Of a DNA stretch of 64,000 bases, positions 25,021 through 37,620 are shown in pieces. This stretch comes from the human T2T-CHM13v2.0 reference genome, Homo sapiens. The stretch lies in NCBI RefSeq assembly GCF_009914755.1, contig NC_060928.1, one strand, 5' to 3'. Numbering within the stretch: position 1 is the stretch's first letter; the number at the start of each line of letters is the position of its first letter. Position numbers and translations under genes: made by a program. Below the pieces are notes generated by a model. The model saw only the letters and a list, made by a program, of their open reading frames with translations, searched no databases and was not told the DNA's origin.

Positions 25021-28000
25021 CAGTGGAGAAGGGGCGGAGGCCGGGAAAGCTGCGTGGAAAAGAGGAAGGGTTAAGACTGAAATCATTCTACAGAGACCAC
25101 GTTAATGGGTTTAAATGCGAACATTCTAGCTAAGTAGAAAAAAATTTAAAAGCAGAGTGCAAGCTGGACCAAAGTGAGACCCCGATTGGGCGTAGATAAA
25201 CCTGCAACCAAAACAGCCCCAGGCAGAGATTCAGCCGCTGGGGAGCACAAACCCCTAATGTTTCTTGGTAGTCACTTTTTGAAACATTTTATTATGGAAG
25301 TTTTCAAATATAAAACAAAATCGAGGGAGGCTTCAAGTGAATTCCCGTGTACCCACCCCTATCCCACAGTTCTTAAACCGTGACCAATCTAGTTCCCTCT
25401 ATTGGCCTCCTTTTATTTGTACTAACTTATTTTTGTTGCCTTATTATAAAGCAAACACAGACACATTTTCACTGAATACATAAATGCATTTTCACTGATA
25501 ATAACTTTTTTTAAAATAACAATACGGCTTAAGTTACAATTCCCAGTAAATCCACACTCAAAGGCAGTTGGCTTTTGATGTTGGAAGTGCAGACGTATTT
25601 CCATTTGAACTTCACTGCAATGTCCAGATAATAAAAAGCACTATTACTTTTGTAATAAAAAATAAACAAAAACTCAGCCCCACAGCTCCAGAACGTGGCG
25701 AGGGCCGTTTGCTCCCCAGGCGGTGAGGCTGGCTCTTCGACCACTTAGCTGTTCTCGGCGCCCGATCCTGTGTGTCCTTCCGTGCATGACACGCAGAGCT
25801 TAGCTCTGTGAGGACAGGGCTGTCCCCTCTCCGGCCCACCTATGAAGGGGTGTCCACCTCTCCGTTTCCCTCCAGGGCAGTCATTCATTGGGTGATCCGC
25901 CTTGGGGACCTGGGGATCGGCGAGTCCAGGAGGCCCAGCGAACGAATTTCCGGTGGCTGGGACCCCACTTCCCAGCGGGACCCTGGATAGGCATGCCCAC
26001 TCTGGCTACCAGAAGGGCAGGGTGGCCGAAGGGTATGAAGCATATGAGTGCACAGGCGGGGAGGAACAGCAGCAGCACCAGCGCAGGAGTAGCCCGCTGG
26101 CCTCCCTCAGGCGGGTGGAGGAGGGCGCCGGGGAGCCTCAGTGCCACCGTGCTCCAGAATTCCTGCCCCTCTCAGAACCCCGGTTTCCCTTTCCAACAAG
26201 TTGCAAGGTGGGGCGGAAGGCCACGAAAGACTCTTGGGGGAGAGGCACTGACAGAAAGGGAAAGAGAAGCCCACCCGGCCTCTCCCGCCTCCCTGGTGCT
26301 GCTCACCCAGCCAGAGTCCAGAGCCTTCCGTCTCCGCCCAGCTGGGTTGCCTTCGGAGTGGGCTCAGAGCCAAGGATCTGGGAAACCTCCCTGCATGCGG
26401 ATGGGTGAGGGCACTGGGCACCCCTCCCCTGCACCTGATGAGGATCTTCTCAGGGTGCTCCCGCCTGAATGGGAGTCGGCGGGCAGAGGAGCCCCATGGG
26501 GGTTCGGGAGTGCAAAGGCCAAGCTGGGTGGAGCGCGCGGGGGAATCCACACCTCCAAGGGCACTGCCTGGGTACCTGCCTGTCTCTCATTTTGGCTTTG
26601 GAGGAAGCAGGGAGGACAGAGCCCTGGTTGCTGCCTGCTCTCTCGGCCAAGGGCCTGGAGTGGCCAAGGGCGGTGGGACCACCTAGGGGAAATGGGGCAG
26701 GCCCAGGTCGGCCTCCAGGATTCCAGTAGCTCCGATCCCTGTGGAATTTGACCTAGGCTGGGAATCTCTGCTCTATAGTCATTTCCCGAGGACAGGACCG
26801 TTAAGCCCAGACAGCACATCCTCCACGCCCAAACACCACCGTAGTGGCCTTTCCTGGTGCTCTGGGTATGGACTCTGCCTTTGGAGGTCCCAGATGCCCA
26901 ACACTGGGGCAGGGTGGGGAGCTGATTTCCCACCTCTCAGGCCAGCTCCAGTGGGGATTCAGCTTTTATAGTCCCAGAGCACTGAGAGGCCCAGAGGAGG
27001 TGGGTCACCCACCAGTCCCACCACAGCATGGGCCCTGGGAGCTGGGGAGGGATGTCCTGTTGGCCTCACTCAAATCACAGGAGGCCCAGCATTTACAAAT
27101 TACAGACCCTAGTTCTCACCATAGGTGTGCGGTGGGGAAACGGAGGCCTGGAGGAGAGAAGGGGTGTGATTACGGTCATGGGGAAGTCGGACTGGGTCCA
27201 GTATAGGCGTGTGTCCAGGATGTCCAGAGCCCGCTGCACCCACTGGTGCTCGGAGCTGTGCAACTGGAAGCCCTGAGCAGCTCAGGGTGGCTGGAATCCG
27301 GACTCAGGTGCGGAGAGGGTGAGGAGGTGGGTGGAACCCGCGAGGGGGGAGGGTGCATGGCGCATGTGGTGGAGGCAGATCGAAACCATTCATCTTCTGC
27401 CAGTGGTGGAGCCAACGCGCTCGAGGTGCACCCGCGATCGATGGCGCCGGAGCTCAGGACTCAGAGGGGCCAGGCGTACCCCCTGCTTGCCCCCAGCCTG
27501 GTCCCGCTTGCTCTCCAGGGCTCTCTGGGTTCCAGGTCCTACACTGCTTTTCTCTGGTTTGTTCTGCCTTTGGTGCCAGCCCCAAGACGCCAGAGCCCCA
27601 CGGATAACAGGGCAGGGCCAGCTTCCCTGCGCCCAGTTGGCCTAATCCAGCTTGGGATCTGTTTTCTCTCTTAACAGTGTTCCAGGCCCCAGCCCTTCCC
27701 TGAGCTCTGGAACGGTCCCCTCCTCCCACGCCGGCTCCCTCCTTCCCACCAGGGCAAGCCCTGAGTCGAGGCCCATAAGACGCTCTCCAGCCCGATTTTT
27801 AATTAATTCTATCGAAAGACACATCCACTCTCTCCAAATCTACCCTGCATTTGAACTGTGTAGACCCTGCACCCTCTGATGCTGGCTGCCAAGACTAGGC
27901 TTGGTGACCGGTTCCATGGTTCCCTAGTAGCCAGAGTGGACGATCTAAAACTGGCACCCATAGGGCTCTCACCCTTCCAGCTTCCTGGTGGCCCGGAGTC

Positions 28001-29949
28001 AGGTGACTCCTGGAGTGGTTAAGGCCACCTGTGAAGGGCTCCAGTGCTGACTGAACCGCCTGTAAGGGGATTTGCCTGAGGACCTGGGCGCCACCACTGC
28101 GCTAAGAGGCACCCTGCAGTCACCACACAACCTTGGGACTGCACCCACATCGGCCAGAAGCAGTCGAATAAAACAGTTGCATCACAGCGATAACCCCTTT
28201 GGCCTGAGCTTCAATGACCCCCTTCTAATAGGGCCGAGGAGGCAGGCGTCCTCGTGGTGCGAGTGCCCGAGGCCTCGCCAGTCTGAGTAGCATCGCCGTT
28301 GGGAAGGCCGAGGCAGTGCCACCGGCACACAGTGCCTGGACCTCAAAAGGAGAGGCTACTGCTGCTGCTTCTGCTTGCTGGGCCTGTGTGGGACTCGGAG
28401 GCTCCGCGGTGTCGCCGGCTGTGCCCTGGCCCCTTTCCTGGACTCGCAGCGATGTGTCCCGGTGACTGGGTGAGGCCAGCACAAAAGCGACAGAAGCCCA
28501 GAGGGCGAGGGTCCCAGGAGCCTGAGTCAGGGGTGCGAGGTCTAGAGGGCCCAGTGGGGAGAGGGGTCAGAAGGGGCGGGGGGTGAGGGTTGGGACTTTG
28601 CCTGAGTGGCCACGAAGAGCCTCCTGGGACACCCCTTGCCCCTCATGGCCGCCAACAGGGAGCTTTCATTAGTTTTATTGAGGCCTAACCTGAGTCCCTC
28701 CCAGATGAAACCGAGTGAGAACGGACTTCCTGGTTTAGCCAGGAAAGCAGTTGGGGCGCAGCCCCAAAGCAGCGAGGGAGCCCGGACACAAGCCTGGGAA
28801 GGGCTGGAGGGGGCCCAGGCAGCAACAAGCCTGCAGGGTGGGGACTGGGTTGGGGGAGGCCTGCTGCAAGGCCAAGGATGGCTGCCCTCTCTAAGAATCT
28901 CTCAAAATGCCCACGCTGTCATGACACAGGGCCTGGAACCCAGAGGTGTGGACCTGCGGGCCCAGAGGCTGAAGGAGGCCCCCTGGGCTTGCTGGAACCC
29001 TGGCCTCACAGTAAGGAACCAACTGATGGGCTGGGGCGGGGGCTGGGGCTTGGAGGACATGATTCTGGGTCAGGAGCTGGATGGTAGAGACACACAGATG
29101 CACTGACCCCCAGGCCCACTGCACGCTCTCCTTGGCCGTCTGGCGCTACCTTGATTGCCCCAAGACCAGCGTATGGCCCGGCTGCTGCCCATCTCACCCG
29201 GGGAGCGTCTACACCCAAGTGAAGCAGGACAGGGAGATGGGTTTTCTTAGGGGCTCAATTCTGCCATGGAAGTGAACTTTTCAAACCCGAACAACATATT
29301 TCTCCTAGGCTGAAACACACACCAAATACTGTCCCTCCCCCACCCAAAAGCAGCCAGCTTGGGGCTGATGGAGGTGGGGTGGCCCCAGTGGCCCAGAATA
29401 GGGGAACGAGCTCTCCTTCAGATCCCATCATCACCGGCCGTGAACAGCTTTGTCCACCACCTGAGTCCTCCAGCTGACCAGAGACCAGAGACTGCAGGCC
29501 GGGAGGAAGACCCAAGGCAAGAGCACGGTGGCCTGACCTTGAGTGCCACGGCTTTGTTTTGGCCCAAAGAAAAATTCCATACCAGATAGGAAATGGCTGT
29601 GCACACGGGGCGCCACACAGCCGAGCCCCTGTGACGAATGCCAGCGGCCATCAGTGGGCCTCTGCCTTCACCTGCTCCTGCCTTTCGGTTTCAGTCAAGG
29701 CTCTAGAACTTGGGACACACCATCATCACTTCCTCCTCCCTACTCCCGGCTCCTGGCCCTTCCCTGTGGTGTGTCATAGAAGAGGGGCACAGCGCTCATC
29801 ACCTCCGACTAGGGTCTGCCCTGCCCACCTGCACCTGGCCCAGCCCTGGGCTCCAGGTGTCCCCAGTCAGCACTGAAAGGTGCTCCCAGGAGGGACGGCA
29901 CCCAGCGCAGCTTGAGCTGTCTCTGCCCTCGTGATCACAAAGCAGTGAA

Positions 29950-30598
29950 ACTGTCCAGAAAATGTCCCTTTTTATTCCATACGCAAATAAGTAGATTCAT
30001 TTAAAAAAACAACAACCCGGAGGCTGCGACGTCTGCAGAGAGCCCCAGCCTGCCTGCTCCTGGAACGGACGATGGGACCCACAGGTCCAGGGTCCTTTCT
30101 CCACCAGCACCCGCGAGAGGGGTAGCACAGCCCTCCGGGCCGGCCTGCTGTCTGGGTCCCAGGAAAGGGACGTTTAGTGTTGGGGGCAGTCTGTGGGGAC
30201 AGTCACCGCTCAGCCTTGGACAGCCGGTTCGTAGTTTTCCTTTGTTGCGCTGGGCTTGGCCTGAGGGCAGCTGCCCCGGGTGGCCATGGCCGACCGCTCC
30301 TCGCTGAGGCCGGGGGGTGGCCGTGGCGCCGGGGGCTGCGCAGCCCAGAGTCTCTGCATGGCCCCCTGTTCGAGTGGGGATCCAGCCTGGCAAATGGGTG
30401 GGGCGTCCCATTACATTCTAGAGGCGCTCCCCACAGGAGCTGAGGCCCGCCCGGCCGCGGCCTGCGCTCCCGAGGTATCTAGGAGGCCGCAGGAGCGACC
30501 ATCCCTTCCCTAACGCCCCCTGAGCCCTGCGCCTGCCGCTGAATCGCGCGTCCACACAGGTCCACAGGGTCGTGGGGAGAGGGCCCGGCAGGCGGGGC
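29950..30598 (-). other. HMX1: HMX1 3' UTR (3' end approximate)
   Basis: Lies between the stop codon and the AATAAA signal; cleavage site is estimated about 20 nt downstream of the signal. Confidence 0.75.
29971..29976 (-). terminator. HMX1 polyadenylation signal AATAAA
   Basis: Plus-strand TTTATT about 620 nt past the stop, with a U-rich upstream tract and U/GU-rich downstream sequence on the minus strand. Confidence 0.85.
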
Positions 30599-31300
30599 TC
30601 ACACCAGGCCAGGCATCTGCGCCCGCAGAAAGGGCACGGAGGCGGCGGCCGGGAAGGCGGCCAGCGGGTAGGCGAGGGCCCCGGAGAAGCCGAGCAGCGG
30701 TGGGGGCGGCGCGGGCGCGGCGGGCGCCAGCGGGAAGGGCAGGGTGGCCGGGGGCCCAGCGGCGGCCGCGGCCGGGGGGCTTTCGTGGTAGAGCACCGGC
30801 ACGCGGACCAGGCGCTGCGCTCCCGGCGGGGACAGGCTGGCCGCCTCCAGCTCGGCTGCCAGCTGCCGCTTCCACTTGTTGCGGCGGTTCTGGAACCAGA
30901 TCTTAACCTGCGTCTCGGTGAGCTGCAGGGAGGCGGCCAGGCCGGCGCGCTCGGCGCTGCTCAGGTAGCGCTTCAGGTCGAAGGTGGATTCCAGCTGGAA
31001 GACCTGGCTGCGGGAGAAGACTGTGCGCGTCTTCTTCTTTCGGCCGCCGCCCACGCCAACGCCGCCGCGTGTCTCCCCAGCCGCCGCAGGGACCTCGGCC
31101 AGCTCCGACGCCTCCTCCGTGCCGGCCGCCGGGCCACGCGCCGCCAGCTCCGCTGCCTCCCGCTGCACCGCTCCCGGCCCGGGGCCTCGCGGCCAGGCGC
31201 CCTCCGCACGGCCCATCTCCTCGCCCGTCTCCGGTGAGTCCCGGTCGCTGGCTGCAGGGGAGAGAGGGCACCACCGTTGGTTCTAGGGCACTGATTACCA
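30090..31300. promoter_or_regulatory. CpG island over HMX1 exon 2 and 3' UTR
   Basis: Dense CpG; boundaries by eye. Confidence 0.85.
30599..31251 (-). CDS. HMX1: HMX1 coding exon 2 (NK5-class homeodomain plus C-terminal HMX motifs)
   Basis: Acceptor TGCCCTCTCTCCCCTGCAG|CC restores the frame (ACC=Thr, [13 protein letters not shown]...). Homeodomain [59 protein letters not shown] is followed by AAELEAA and [11 protein letters not shown], then TGA at 30601-30599. 394+653=1047 nt = 348 aa plus stop. Confidence 0.98.
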
Positions 31301-34127
31301 GACTCAATCACTGAGGCCAGCCGTCCCCACCTTGAGGTCGCTCACAGCCACAAGCAGGAAGACCTTCCAGCACAGGGCTGGGCACCCAGCAGCTCTGGGG
31401 ATGCACACATTGTCAGAACCGTGGGAGGCGGCCCAGAGACCAGGCAGCAGCTCCAAACCAACACCCCGCAACACACCAACACCCCGCAACACACAAACAC
31501 AAACGCACACCCATGCCAGAGGACAACAAAGGGATGCAGAGCAAAGAAAAGAAACAAAAATACTACACAAGAAAAGCAGGCTGACCCCAGTGAGCACTCC
31601 CCACTCCCAGCTGCACCACGGGCGGCCCGGAAAAACACACAAACCTCCCGCAGAAGTCCCGGGACAAGAGGAAAGATGTCCTTCCGAGAAATGTTCACAC
31701 CGAAAAACAAGCACAGGACACCCCCTGCCACCTGGCATCCAGCCCCACGCCAAGCTCCCCAGAAGGAGGAATGAAGAGTTCACAGGCCTCTTCCCGCGCC
31801 CTCTGCCCGCTTGCACAGAAACATTCCATAGTAGGAGGACAAACCAATGCAAAGGATCCCCAAAAGAGAACTCCCATCAGGTGAGGCTGTCACCCCCACA
31901 CCACATACTCCTGTAGCCCTGACCCAGTGTCCACAAGGCAAGTCCACACCAGCCACAATCATGCTCAAAGGGAACACGGGCACATGCCACTCTAAGCAAC
32001 ATGCAGCAGCTGAGTCCTGCCCCAAACACTTTCAAGACTGGAGGTTCAGCCTCATGGGTTTGGGCTGAAACCAGAAGCTCACAGGCGGTGTCTGAGTTCA
32101 TGTTCCAAGTACCAAGCTCCCCTACTCATCTCCTAGGAACAAGAAGAGGCCCACAGGCTGGCAAGGGATGATGTCAGGTTAAAGAGGCCAGCCGGGACCC
32201 AGAAGCACTTGCCCAGATTGAAGAGGGCAGCAGCCTCCCACTGCAGGGCTCTGGAGGCTGACTCGGACCCGCTGCTTTTCTGCCTTGGTCTGGAGCCTCC
32301 CGTGCAAAGGGCAGGCCCAGGTTGACAGGTTAGAGGTGGAGGCAGAGTTTGGCCTGGCCCTGGGCCCCTGGAAGGCTGTGCACTCGGCCGGGTGTGTGCC
32401 TGCAGTGTATTTGCAGCATTTGCACGCTCATGCAAGGGGTGCGCACACTGGTGGGCTTCTGTGCGTGGTTCCAGCTCTGTGCCTCATGCCCAAGGAGTGT
32501 GCACATCCCACTCACGCCCGTGGCCAATCCCCATGGTGTGTGCCCTCACAGCACCCACAGGGGAGTCAGGCAGCAGGTTGTGGTGCATGCTACTAGATCT
32601 GGGGAGTCCCTGCCTCCCCCCAATACCCCAAACTCACAGAGGCCCATGTGCTGCCACAAGGCACTAGGCTGACTTGCCAGCTCCAGTGAGGAAGTGGGAC
32701 CCTAACCCGCATGGCACGAAATAAGGGGGAGCCGCCTCTGCAGGGGTGCCACCTGGGCTGCAGGAGGGGATGCACCCCAGGGATGAGTGGAGAACAAATT
32801 TCACCCTGAGAAACCCTTTCCATAGTCTCCCCCAGAAGGGCACTAGACAGAGTCGCTCGATTTCTGGGAAACCACGGAAGCCCTGCTCAAGTCTACGTGA
32901 AGGGGGTGGGGGCCTAGACTTCCTGAGTGTGGGTGCCGAGATGTGGGGGCTTTTGCAAAGGATCACTCCACGACATGGAAAGGGTTATCTAACAAGTGAG
33001 TGAGGGTCGTAGGCCACTTACTCCCCAGCACACACTAATATTCATACAGAGGACAGCATGGATCCCAGAGCCGGAGCCTGCAGAGGGCCCACGTCCTCAG
33101 CTGGCCTCAAGGTCCAAAGGCTGTGTTGGGGGTGGGGGACTGGCTAAGCCAGGGCTTGGGGGGTTGGACTGGCTTTCCTGGCCTTCCTCCCAGGGGTCTT
33201 CCTAAAGGGCAGGTACAAAAGGGAGGCAGCGACCCTGGAACCCTGGGGAGGGGAAGCAGAACTAAGGGGTCAGATACCCAAGCAAGGGGGCAAAGGGGTT
33301 CTGGGGTTGAGAACCCCCAGCCCCAGTCTCAAGCCCTCAGCAGGGAACAAAGGCAAGGAGGGGGAGGGGCAGAAAAAGAAGAGAGAGGGGTTGGACTGGG
33401 GGCCTCAGAACAGGCTCCCTTCTTGCCTGGCACAGCCCATGCCCCTCAAGGACCAAGAGGGAGACCCAGGCCCCTGCCCCAGGCTGTCTGCAGCGGGCAC
33501 AGAGGAAACAGGACTCTGGGGGGGCACAGCTGCCATGTTAGATGGCTCCCCTCCCCGGCCCCACCCCCACAACACTGCACCCTCTGCTCAATGCCCCCTT
33601 TTATTTTTCCACGTCTGATGCTACTTTGTCTCCCTTTCCCTCCATCTCTTCCTTCTCTTTTCTCTCTCGGATCACTCTTGGGTTTCTTTTTCCTGCATCT
33701 TCCCCTCCCCCCACCCCATTCTCTCTCCCGCAGCACATTCCTTTCTTCCTCCATCCTCCCATTTTCTTTCTCAGCCTCTTTCGCCTTCTCCTGTATCTTT
33801 CCCTATCCTCTTTCACTCTCCTTTCTTTTTTCTTTGGCCTCCTGTTGTCCCCTGTCCCCAGCCTCCCTGGGACCGGAGGAGCCCGGCAATGGGTGAAGCT
33901 ATGGCCTGCAAAACCTCCTCGTTAGCGGAGCTCCTGCCCCAGAGGGTGGGCCTCCAAACCAGCCCAACCAGGGGCTCCGTGGGGGCCCCACACGGCCCAG
34001 ACGCCGTTCCACAGAAGGGAGAGGATGGCCCAGAACGGGCGGCGACGAGCCCGAAGTCCCCCAGCAAATGCGCAGGGAGGAAGTCGGGCCCCACCGCCTG
34101 ACCCACCCTCCCCGCGCCCTCACTCAC
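31252..34127 (-). other. HMX1: HMX1 intron (GT-AG, 2876 nt)
   Basis: Canonical GTGAGT donor and polypyrimidine-CAG acceptor; splice phases match across the exons. Confidence 0.95.
33595..33850 (+). repeat. CT-rich polypyrimidine tract in the HMX1 intron
   Basis: About 250 nt dominated by C and T on the plus strand. Confidence 0.8.
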
Positions 34128-34521
34128 TGTCAGGACTGAGGCCGCCTCCATAGCCACCGTGCGCCCGTGGGTACCAGCGCGCTGCGCCTCCGCAGCCCAG
34201 AGCGAAGGGCGGCCCGGGACCGGGGGGCGGCCGAGGACCGAGGCCCAGCGCGCCCGGCCCGAGCAGCGCACGGGCCCGCGCCTCCCCGCCGGGCCCGGTG
34301 CCCGCGAGCAACTGTCGCCGCCGCTGTAGCCGTCGCCGCCGCGCCTGCTCGGCGTCCTCGTCTTCGGGGTCGTCGTCGTCCTCCTCCTCGTCCTCCCGGC
34401 TGCCGTCGCCCTGGGTCGCGCGCCCTGCGCCCTTGGCCTCGGCCGCCAGCAGGTTCTCGATGAGGAAGGAGGAGGCGCGGGCCGGCGTGGCGCGCCCGGG
34501 CTCCGTCAGCTCGTCAGGCAT
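34128..34521 (-). CDS. HMX1: HMX1 (H6 family homeobox 1) coding exon 1
   Basis: ATG at 34521 (GCCGCGATG) gives MPDELTEPGRATPARASSFLIENLLAAEAK...GGYGGGLSPD. It contains an eh1 motif (FLIENLL) and an acidic tract, and ends in a phase-1 donor GACA|GTGAGT (GT at 34127-34126). 394 nt. Confidence 0.97.
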
Positions 34522-35130
34522 CGCGGCCGCGGGCTTCTCGGGCTCGGCCGGGCTCCTCGGTCCCCGCTGGGGATGGTGGCGCGCGGCTCCCGGGCGCACG
34601 CGCGGGCCGGCCCTGGAGCTGCTACCCGGAGCGCTGGCGTCGGGCCCCGCCGGGCAGGCGGCGGCCTCCGCGCCGGGCTGGGCTGGGCCGGGCCGGGAGC
34701 GAGTGCGCGCCGACAGCTGATCGGGCAGCCGCCTGGCTCGCCTTTCAGGTCGCCGTTCTGGTCGCCGCCGGGGCGGCCTCACTGGGGGCGGGGAGGGGGA
34801 GGGGCCAGCAGGGGCGGGGGGTCGCGGGCTGGGCCGGGAGGGCGGCCCGCTGAGCCCCGAGGACGCTGCGCCGGCCCCGAGCGCGGCCGCTGCCGGGAGA
34901 CGCTGCCCAGACCTGAGCGCGCGGGCAGCGGCGCAGCCGAGGGCGGGCGGCCCCGGGCGCAGGCGGGGGGTCGCGCCGGGTCCGATCCCGCGTGATCAGT
35001 TCCCCCGTCCCGCGCCACCCGCTCCGTGGGGGCGGGGCCTGGGCTGAGCGGCCACCCATTGGCTGTGGGGCCCCGATGAGGAATGGGCTGGCCAATCACC
35101 GTCCGGCCAGAGCCGTAATTACCCCGCTGC
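34522..35130 (-). promoter_or_regulatory. HMX1 5' UTR and TATA-less CpG-island promoter
   Basis: Extremely GC/CpG rich. GC box GGGGCGGGGC at about 35029-35038, CCAAT boxes in both orientations (ATTGG 35058-35062, CCAAT 35092-35096), TAATTA 35116-35121. The TSS cannot be fixed from sequence alone. Confidence 0.75.
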
Positions 35131-36839
35131 GAGGAGGGTGTTGGACCGACCGTGAGTAACTGTGTGTGTGCGCGCGCGTGGTGTGTGCACGAGTGTGCGT
35201 TTGAATGGCTGTGTGTGTGTGGAGGGCGGCGTGGAGACCCCGGGGCTCCCAAGAAACTGCAAGAGGCTGGGCCACATTTTTTTATTTAAGACTTTGTGTG
35301 TAATTTAAAAATGGGAACACTGCCAAAACAGGACTGCGAAATGTGGCATATCTTAATATTTGCACTTAAGGAAAGATGCTTTCAATGCCAACTGTAGTTC
35401 GGTAGAACTCTTCAGTTCCCGGGCTCGGTACCAGTATGTAAGGAAGTGCAACCACAGGGCTCCGCTGGCAGCCCGCTCGATGTTACCAAGCAGGTCTTCA
35501 CCGCGCCAGCACCCCCACCGCCCGCTCCAGGGGAAGCCAGGGCCTTAGAAGGGGGTGGGAGCTTTTGGCCCAGCCTCTGCCCTGGGCGAAGGTCTTGGGG
35601 GCAGGCCCCTTCCCTCGTTGTGCCTCCGTTTCTTCGCTCTAAAGGGGTGGGGAGGTCCTCCCATATCTGCAGCGGGAAGTTCGGGAACATAACGCACCCT
35701 GGAGCTGTCTCCGTTCCGGCGTCGACTTCAGACTTACCTACATTAGGTCACTGCGCGGACGCGCGGGTTAAGCCGGCTTCACCCGATGCGAGTTATTTCG
35801 CAGAGATACATCCATCCTCCCAGGGCCAGCCCCGGGCCCCTCTCCACCCGAGTACCGCCCGCGTTCCCGGAGGTGACCGCAGGCCTGGGGCTTCCGCTTT
35901 GTTTAATTCTTCCAAAAAAGCACGATGGAGGGAGCATCGCCCCCATTTTTCAGCGGAGAAAACTGACGGGAGAAGAGAGAAGAGACTCCCCCAGAGGGTA
36001 GGTGGCTCCGGCAAGCCTGGAATTCCTTCACTGATGCCCCGGAGTCCGGCTGGTTGGCAGGGCGGTGGGGCTCCAGGAGCGGCTGAGGCCTAGCCAGCTG
36101 GGCCCTCGCGGCCTGGGTTCGCAGAGACAAAATGGTGCGCCTCTTGGGAGCGTGTCCTGGGTGCGCTTTCTGGCGGCTGCCAGGAAGGACCTCTAGTGCT
36201 CAGTGGCTGCCGCGATCTCGAGTGGGAGGACTTTTCCAGGGACTCTAGGACAAGATGCTCAGCCCATCTCCTTTTCCCCGGCATCCTAGCCCAAGAGGGG
36301 CAAAAATAATCAATGACAGGGACTCCCCGGGTTGTTTAGCCTGGAGGCAGCCCACAGATGGGGGCTACTCCCTCCATGTTGTTGATGAGGCCACTAAGCC
36401 AAAGTGGAGAGAGTTGGGATCTTAGGGAGGAGCTGAGGTCTCCCAAGCCCTGCTCCCTGGGATGTCCAGGGTCAGAGAGACTCCCAGGAGCAGAGGTACC
36501 CCAGCCAGAGGGGGCTGGGCCAAGGAAATTGGGACAGAGCGCCCGATTCGATTAGTTTGGAGCGCTAGCCTTGGGGCAGACACCGTCTACACTAGGGCGC
36601 TTTTGACAGATAAGGAAACTGAGGCCAGAGAGGGGCCAGATAAAAAGACAATGTCTGTGGGGAGAAGTGTTTTTCTGATAGCCGTCCAGTTCACACAGGC
36701 TCCCCTGGGTCTGTCTGTGAGAGGCGCCTGGACACTCCTGCCCCGTCCAGCCACGCGCCTGCCCAGGTTGGTGGCATTTCCATTTCTCCCTCAGGCCTGG
36801 CGGGCTTCCTCTGAGTCTGAGTTCTAATTCCCTCCGCTC

Positions 36840-37620
36840 TAGGGTTGTGTGGCCCTGGAGGAGGCGTCTTGCGTCTCCGATCCTATAACTGCGGACGATA
36901 CGCGTCCCTGACGGTGCCAGGTTGTTGGGAGTAGAGGCTGGGCACCACCAGGCGGGTGGTGGCCCTGAGCGCATAGCGCTCGCGGGTGTCTTCCCACTGC
37001 CTCTGGGGGGCGCGCATGAGAGGGGCGCTTCCACACACTGCCGCGTGGGGCCTGGGATGGGAGCGAAGAGGGGCGGTGGATCCGAAGCGAGGACCGTGCA
37101 CCCTTTTCCTCTGGGCGCCCGCTGTCTGGGGGTTGCGGAGAGAGCGGGCGCCAGCCGGGCAGAGGCTGGCGCGTCCACACTCTGAGTCTCCCACGCCGGG
37201 TCCCAGAGACTTTCCAGCGACAACTGCAGCGGCGAAGCCTGGTCGGCGAGGCGTGGGTGTGGGCAATTGGGCAGATTGTTGAAGCTAAGGCGCAGGGTCA
37301 GACCAGGACGCGCGAACTGACCGGACTGGTGCTCGCCCAGGCCACTGCCTCTGTGCTCGGTGCTGGTGGCGGAGCCGGCCAGGATCGAAGTCCTGCGTCC
37401 AGGTGAGTGGCGACGCCCAGTTTGGAGACAGAATTGCCGGCGGAGGCGCAAGCGGGAATCGCTACCTTCGCGGCGTGGCGCATTTCGATGCGCCCCAGGT
37501 CAGAGAGGCTCGCAGTTCACGGCCCAAGAACAGTCTCGGGCAGGGCAGGGGGAGGTCGGGATGCGTGCTCCTCGCGCTCGGAGGCTGACCCCGCAAAGCC
37601 GTCACCTTCAGTCGGGGTTT
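36840..37620. promoter_or_regulatory. CpG-rich segment about 2-3 kb upstream of HMX1
   Basis: Elevated CpG frequency. Confidence 0.65.

Larger units (their letters stand above)
33870..35260. promoter_or_regulatory. CpG island over HMX1 promoter and exon 1
   Basis: Dense undepleted CpG and very high GC; boundaries by eye. Confidence 0.9.

Noticed and set aside
20070-28000. Many 100-290-aa Arg/Gly/Pro-rich ORFs in CpG islands (also 35400-37900 and 54500-57600)
   Set aside because: Expected from stop-codon scarcity at high GC; they overlap in all frames and show no protein-family signal.
28930-28960. CTGGAACCCAGAGGTGTGGACCTGCG, faintly like a reverse-strand QVKIWFQ homeobox segment
   Set aside because: Too short and gapped; the flanks show no homeobox similarity, so it cannot be called an HMX4 relic.
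30599-31216. Stand-alone 205-aa homeobox ORF starting at MGRAEG
   Set aside because: Internal Met of HMX1 exon 2; the real start is in exon 1.
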